64,000 nucleotides of DNA from Laetmonice hystrix (lineage: Eukaryota). Of this stretch, positions 57,039 through 64,000 are shown piece after piece. The translations under genes were made by a program, and so were the position numbers. Numbering within the stretch: the stretch's first letter is position 1; each line of letters opens with the position of its first letter. The notes below the pieces were generated by a model that worked only from the letters and a program-made list of their open reading frames with translations, searched no databases and had not been told where the DNA came from. Location: the NCBI GenBank assembly GCA_965235115.1, contig OZ249436.1, positions 12,154,001-12,218,000 of the forward strand, given 5' to 3'.

Positions 57039-57082
57039 TTTATTTACACTCAGGTATCAATAACATAACCAATACATTTATT
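57039..57082 (-). terminator. Candidate polyadenylation signals for POLR3A (two AATAAA on the minus strand)
   Basis: Plus-strand TTTATT at 57039-57044 and 57077-57082. Alternatives at 57999-58004 and ~57530; the used site cannot be determined from sequence. Confidence 0.35.
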
Positions 57083-58190
57083 AATAGTGGCGCTAAAATA
57101 ACGTCATAACGGTGACTCTTTAAATCCAAAGGAAAAGACAGGTACGATAGCCAGTCACTACTTCCAGCAGGTACTAGTTCTCAATAATCAGAACTATACA
57201 GGCAATGTTAATATTTTTACTTCGACTCAGATTTCCTATCAACTCATGGTAGACAGCATTCAGGACCTGTTGGGGCCAAACCTTGGTTTATATACATACT
57301 GCGGCAGGCAGTTCTTCACACCATGAATCTCAACGTCAGGTTTTCTCTCAAATAATGGATACGAAACCTACGATATGTTAGCTAATCAACGTCATCATTG
57401 TTCAGATACCGGGAAACAGATCCAGCTTTTCTCTGCGTCAACATGTTATTCAAGGCACTGTGACGTGACAGAAGACAGATCTTACAAAGAGCGGTCGGCC
57501 TGACATGTTTCTGAGTATTACTTTTTAAATTTATTTCAATACTATCTGGAAAAAAATGCTTTTGTCATTGCTACTTTTGAACACTCCTCCAGGCGATCTA
57601 AACTTGTACTGGAATTTGTATCAAATGTCCTTCCCTACAGCGACTTTTCAAAAATTACAGTAAGGGCCTAGATATTAGGAATGACCAGTTTGAAAGGGGG
57701 AAGACACTCGGCAAGACGGAGAGTAATACCCTAACACCCCCATCCCCACTCAATATCACCCCTTCCCTCCTACCCAATCAGGCCTAGGCCCGAAACATAA
57801 TATGGCCCCACTATGATAATATGCGACGATCGAACGTTACATTATCACGAAAACATAACATACATACAAGCTCCGTTAATACCACTTGTAGCATCAGACC
57901 CTATCCCTTCACAATAATCATGGGTCTAAACTTACACACGTTTTCCTTAGAATAGCGTCTGCCTCTCTTCCCTTGCTACCTGCGTTCAACCATTTACGTT
58001 TATTCCATCCAGCTTTTGCACTCCACTCAGTTTACTTTGGGAGACATAAAAATGTCGTAATTTCACCAGCATATGGTCATGGAGTATTTTTGCCATTATA
58101 TATTTGTGATTACCTTCTGCATGGCTAACTCGATTTATACAATGTGATATAAATATGAATGAAATAGTAACTATCTGACGGAGCTAGTTG

Positions 58191-58272
58191 CTAGGAAACG
58201 GCCTCGCTGACGTGGAATTCTGGATTGTCGAACACCAGACGACGTTGTTTGACTTCTGGGTTCTTCACAGAT
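58191..58272 (-). CDS. POLR3A: RNA polymerase III largest subunit (RPC1), terminal coding exon
   Basis: Encodes (K)SVKNPEVKQRRLVFDNPEFHVSEAVS*, resembling the RPC1 C-terminal R.L.FD..EFH motif; preceded by TCCTTGAC and CAGCAG. Confidence 0.85.
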
Positions 58273-58695
<423 letters not shown>

Positions 58696-58806
58696 TTACG
58701 CCTACTATACGATCTTTATCTGGATTACAGATAATGCGTTAAAACGGGAAATCACGAAGTCAATAATTTGCTAGTAGAATGATGAGTCCAAGTAAGCTGC
58801 ACGTAC

Positions 58807-58870
58807 CACAGATTGCGTCTTTCTGCCCATGGTAGGCAGCCTCAAACAGGTGATCCGACGTCTTCTCAAA
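58807..58870 (-). CDS. POLR3A: RPC1 coding exon (64 nt)
   Basis: Encodes [21 protein letters not shown](G); TTTCAG acceptor, GTACGT donor; phases fit neighbouring exons. Confidence 0.96.
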
Positions 58871-58962
58871 CTGAAATACAACACCAACAACATTTGAACT
58901 CTGATTTCATTAACTCTTGCACAATTTCTTGTTTCCTGACCTTCAAACATTACTAATAGTCA

Positions 58963-59121
<159 letters not shown>

Positions 59122-59320
59122 TCATAACGAATTCTACCGCACCAACCACCGGCACCATTCCCGCAAATATACGCTCAATTCTACAAGTCTATTTTACAGA
59201 AACTGGGAAAAAATAAGACAGAAAAAACTTGAAACGCCTGGTACGACCTTTCTGGGATGGAGCGGGAGAGCGGCTAAAATATTACATAACTGCTACCATT
59301 GTAAGAATGAAAATTCCTAC

Positions 59321-59420
59321 CTTAAAGGTCATAAGGTCAGCCAAGAGTTGGACGTGGCGGATGTCAATGCTCATACCATGGTTCACCATGGTGTACACGA
59401 TTTCGTTCATTATGGTTGTC
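59321..59420 (-). CDS. POLR3A: RPC1 coding exon (100 nt)
   Basis: Encodes (R)[38 protein letters not shown] acceptor, GTAGGA donor. Confidence 0.97.
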
Positions 59421-59616
59421 CTAGGTAATAAATAAAATAACAAAATATTTCAATACAATGCGTTTTCCCCCCCTTCTCCTTTCTTTCATTTTCTTTTTGC
59501 CCTCGATGTTCTTTACCTGAATTTACGTTTATCATCAAATTCTTCTCATATTTACCATTGAGGCGTGCTGGTTCGAGCAACACTTGAAATGTTAGAAGGA
59601 CTGTTATGCAGTTTAC

Positions 59617-59689
59617 CTGGCGGCTTCAATGCCCAGCGTTTTCTCCATCTCATATGTATTGTTGGACCATGTGTGTGTACCTTTCACAC
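59617..59689 (-). CDS. POLR3A: RPC1 coding exon (73 nt); most 5' exon found in the window, gene continues beyond 64000
   Basis: Encodes (G)[23 protein letters not shown](R); TTACAG acceptor, GTAAAC donor. The expected preceding exon (…LLVEG…VMAT) was not found in 59690-64000. Confidence 0.96.
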
Positions 59690-60388
59690 CTGTAACAGAA
59701 TAATTACTTCACTGTAAGTACCAGAAGAAGAATTATATTACCCAAGATTTCGTTTTATTTCTTACACAATACTAACAGAATGCTATACGAAAATAATCCT
59801 GACAGATGTAGATCAACGTATATCAGTCCAGGCGACAAATCCCAGCTCTATCATGGTCGGGGTCGGGACTGTATCCATAGCAACCAGCGGAGATGCGGAA
59901 CAATAATGCAAAACTATACTGGCGCCATTCCATACAGTCCTACTGCTGTTTCCCCATCACTCTAGATCTTTTTTCAAGGTTGGAAGGTATTGGAGTTTTT
60001 CTCTGGCCGAGTGGTGGTTTCTGTCCCTGCTGTAAGCTGTGGCCTTTGGGCTTGTGTGTGGCCTTGCTGTTTACACCAGCCACGGGGTGATGCACGGGCT
60101 GGTCGTAACGTGAGCATGTCTCTCTCCTACCCACACATCATCAAGCAGACAGCACAGAGCTATACGTTCCACATAACATCGGTAAACAGGTGAAGGGAGT
60201 CTCGAGGTGACAGAATGACTGGTTACCGTGGTTGAAACAGAACCAACTTCAAGGAATGCGGGCGGAGGAGAAAGCCTCATTAACCAATGGTTTGCAGGTG
60301 TCCTCTATAGTCGGACAGGGGACGCGAAATCAGGGGAACACATGCTGGAAATAGGCTTGGAAACTTTGGGCTCAATGGGCCTCCTTAA

Positions 60389-60916
60389 AGGGGCATATTA
60401 TGAGGAAACGTTAAAAATCGGTATTTCATAGAACTTTTGCTGTTTTCATAAAGAGATCCTTCATTAAAATTGCTCGGTAAACAAAGACAGACTTATCAGT
60501 TTCATTTTGCGTGAGAAATCGAAGTTTATTAAGCTCCCTTACCCGCTTCTCTGCCGATTTCGTAAAATATTTTTTGGGTGGCATTCTGATGCCGGGCGAT
60601 CGAGTGCCACTGCTGAATTGTTTACAACTAAGCAAAGCACGTGACTAAGCACGTGCAGAGAGTGCACACACAGGATGTGACACAGTATGCAATTACACGG
60701 GTTGATGGGAGGTTGTCTCCCAAATTATGGCGGGAGATGTGCTATCGGAAGAAATCTATAGGTTTGGTCGTATAGAACCTACTTGTGCTGCATACGCAGC
60801 GAAAACACGTCGGAGGACAAAATGCTGTGGTAGGATTATTTACTTGGATCTCTAGTACACGGTCATGTTGGATAATTGCCGGAAATCCTCAAAAACGTGT
60901 TTCATAGTATGCCCCT
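60389..60916. mobile_element. Non-autonomous DNA transposon (MITE, 528 bp), Kolobok-like, in the POLR3A intron
   Basis: TIRs AGGGGCATATTATGA / TCATAGTATGCCCCT (14/15 match), flanked by TTAA at 60385-60388 and 60917-60920. A TTAA TSD with purine-initiated termini fits Kolobok rather than piggyBac. Confidence 0.8.
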
Positions 60917-60962
60917 TTAATCTACACCTGATACTCTTGTAACCTAGAGATTCGGTTAAGTT

Positions 60963-61094
60963 CTGGGGGATGTTTCAATCAGCGCGTCGGACCTTCCGAC
61001 CGGCGACGGACAGTCTGTCGCTTGGTTGTAGGGCCTGCAATTTTTGGTCCGTCGCCGGTCGGACGGTCCGACGCGCTAAGTGAAACACCCCCAG
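60963..61094. mobile_element. Short palindromic MITE (possibly PIF/Harbinger-type)
   Basis: AGCGCGTCGGACC(T/G)TCCGACCGGCGACGGAC arms (60981-61011 / 61047-61077, 30/31 match) extend outward to CTGGGGG(A)TGTTTCA…TGAAACACCCCCAG. Confidence 0.65.
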
Positions 61095-64000
61095 TCTCCT
61101 GGTTCCCCCCCCCCCTCCCCCCGTGCTGTTTCTTTACCATACCGTGCCAGTGTTTTTTCTGCCTCCTGCTGACACCAAACATTATTCACACCAACTGTGG
61201 CCGGCCCAGTTTCAACGTAATATTTCGCATTTACATGCACAACTGAACTCCCCAAATCTGACACGTATTAAAAATCGACAATTACTCCTGGAATACTTCA
61301 CTGTAATTGCTAATCAGTCTTTTACTCATGTGGCGATAACAGCATGTCTTATCTGCCTATAGCCATGCCAATCGGGAAAGTAGGTACCCTGTACCGTATT
61401 ACAAAAAATAACAGCGTAACAATGTTATATCTCCGCACCTCATTTATAAAATATTTGTAGTTTGCAGTGTGAATTTACACACATGTGCAATGAAAAGAAT
61501 ACTAGCAGTTGCCAAATTACCCTGACTCTGTCAGCGGTCTGGACAAAAAGTCACGCCTTGAGAAGTTTTTACCAGGGGGGCCAAAGATAAGGCGATTTAC
61601 AGTCCTGACGGAGCGAATGTCAGGCTTCCAGAGGTACATAGTCGGCCCCAAACTCATCAACCATGCTGATATTAACGTGAACAGTCACTGGGGAACAATA
61701 AACTCTCAAATACACAAGATTCCTACACCTACCAATACACAGAAACTTGATCAAAATGTGCAGAAAAGTCGTTGGCTACATTAGGTGGACGCTGGTGGCC
61801 GTTTGTGCGGTGGATGTGTTGTACATCTTGTACTTAGTTGGTGGATATGTTCATGATGGATCAGGGAGCCGAGAGGGACTGGCAGTGGAGTGAGTATAAA
61901 ACCATCCCTGTGCCAAGTAAGCAGCGGGGAGGTCCGGAGCCCTTGGGATCTCTTGTCCTATACAACAGCCCCATAAAGGCTGCACAAAAATGATGAAAAG
62001 AAACCCCAAAGGCATATCATGACTTCTCTTTTCATCAAGCAAAAGGCTTTATTGCAATTTGAACGTTGATCAATACATCCCCCCCCCCCCTCCCACCACC
62101 ATGTCCCTTCCTTTCTTATCCTCACGTCATTAAAATGTTGCTTACCTAATTAATAAAATATCACTTTCCTAAAACATTTTCTCACTGTCTTTTACCAATC
62201 GAGGATAAGCCCTGATTTGTTGTGACTGACGATCAGAATATTTGGCTGCCGGAACCTTGGGAAATGATCCACTGAGCCACACCAGGCAGGGTAATCCATG
62301 TTGTACTCAATAACCCCGTACAGCATACAGTATGGAGAGGTGGGGCCCAAACATACAAGATCAATTGGACTCGCTCCTCGTCCAAACGTACCTCAAGTCG
62401 CCATCCGCTATCTCTTCTTCATAACTTGACATCCATTTGATATAAAGAGACAGTAATAATAACTAAGAATCCGAATGTTTTAAATCTGTCTTTCTCCCTT
62501 TCTTTCTTTCCTTTCCTCCTTTATTCGCTTCCTTCTTTTTTTATTGCCCCTCACCAATCTGTTTGAAGGTATGAGATAAAGCCCCTACACTGTACAGTGA
62601 ATATACCTCTGACGAGAGGAGTACAGTGTACAGAGGCCTCGATAGTTCCCAAAGTTCCCTGTAGGTGTCCCAGACTCCAACCTTTGAGCAACACGAGGCG
62701 GTTGCAGCCTCTCTCTACCTGCCTTCAGTTAGCATAGACCTTACAGAGACATGACAAATTCCTTGTATACATTTTAATGTCGGTGGCTGGAGGTATACAT
62801 GAGATTTATCGCCGCCCAACAAGTCCGGCTCGTTGGTATCCCGCCCGCCCGCCCGCCTCGCCACCCAGCCACTGGCCATCCTAAGGTGGACATGATTCTG
62901 ATAACTCCGGTGCACTCCTACCATCTGGCTTGGAGTTCATGTTTACAATCGTGTCAACTCCAGCTGTCAGTACCAGATACACCCCCATTCCTTCCAGCTG
63001 TTCAACCATAGAGTATACTCAATGGTTCAACCGACTTCCCCCTTGCACCATCCGTGTCCTTCCCCACACTACATCGTTTTGTGCACTTCACTGTGATGAT
63101 ACAATTCGCGGTTGCCATGGCAACCCCCGAAGCCCCCTCTCTCTCGGTTTCCACCATGTTGATCGTCTTCAGAAATACGCCAACAAGACAGACAAAATCG
63201 GCACAAAGGCGCACTTTGTCTTGGGATCCGTAAACCGAGCATAATTAAAATGTTCACCATTGTCTAAGAGTCTGTCCTTGCTGAAGTACATGCCAAGAAA
63301 CCGTACCTGAGCAGCGCGGATCTTGACCAAACGGTCGGGTTATGTTAATGAGACTGCCAGGGCAGAGTGAGCCGGAGATGGTGAGGTGGGTTTATAAGTA
63401 GGGGCACCTTCTCTCAGATCGGGAGGTCCGGAACCATTGGGCCCCCATGCTTCTGCATGAGATTACTTCTCTAGTATCCCATAGCTGTGTCTGGTCATTG
63501 TGCCCCCAATGGTGACCTTGACTTCTCTTTTACTATCATACTGACAACCTAAACGGTTTCACGCCGTAGAGATTTGGTTTTAACCCCTTGATTTATTAAA
63601 GGTTCATATACCTGACCAACGTATGCTTTATTTCAGATGAAACCAGAGATGTCGGTACATTACATGAAAATTAGACTTACTGTCTGTCAGATCATCTGCA
63701 AAATGTTGATACTATCTGCCATATATGTCTATCATTGTTTCACCTATAAAATTGCATATCTTATTTATAGGTCTAGAAAATGACAGGTAAGGACAGAATA
63801 TCCCTGTCCTTATCTCTAAGTTTTCAATTGTGTCAGAACTAAATTGTATGTTAATAAAAAAAAAATCAATAATCCAATCAGTCAGAAAGCCAGTAGGACG
63901 TCCACTGGCTGGGTGTTAGATTCCTGCCACTGTCGGTGACCGAGACCACCACCCAGCCTCTGCTTCCTGCCGTCTGATGCTGCCAAACCCCGGCTGTATG

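Noticed and set aside
62603..62670. Hammerhead-like CTGACGA-GAGG…CCTC-GATA
   Set aside because: It has GATA instead of GAAA, and stem III plus the NUH cleavage site cannot be formed in register.
63002..63214. Minus-strand ORF containing VAMATA as the missing upstream POLR3A exon
   Set aside because: The surrounding residues do not match RPC1, and there is no donor site in the required position.
59780..63260. Other short ORFs in the large intron
   Set aside because: No recognisable homology or consistent exon structure; several overlap MITEs.

Overview
Eukaryotic (animal) genomic DNA, not prokaryotic. Positions 1-55956 are a head-to-tail tandem array of a ~851-872 bp monomer: 65 full copies plus a truncated 66th, continuing beyond the left edge. 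The monomer variants form higher-order repeats (1720-bp dimer, 5993-bp 7-mer, 3430-bp 4-mer, 1706-bp dimer), with chimeric monomers and diverged edge copies. The ORFs in the array look like noise. Each monomer does carry non-coding structure: a CRE-like plus TATA-like pair ~30 nt upstream of a GC-rich, foldable ~135-nt block ending in T6-9 (candidate Pol III small-RNA gene, unproven), a 17-bp perfect hairpin, an Sm-like site between hairpins, an octamer and an ~18-bp subrepeat tract. The unique DNA to the right contains the last six coding exons of POLR3A/RPC1 (RNA polymerase III largest subunit) on the minus strand. Its last intron looks like a U12-type intron with unusual AT-AG ends. The large upstream intron holds a TTAA-flanked Kolobok-like MITE and a palindromic MITE. 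All calls were made by eye; no searches or folding programs were run.
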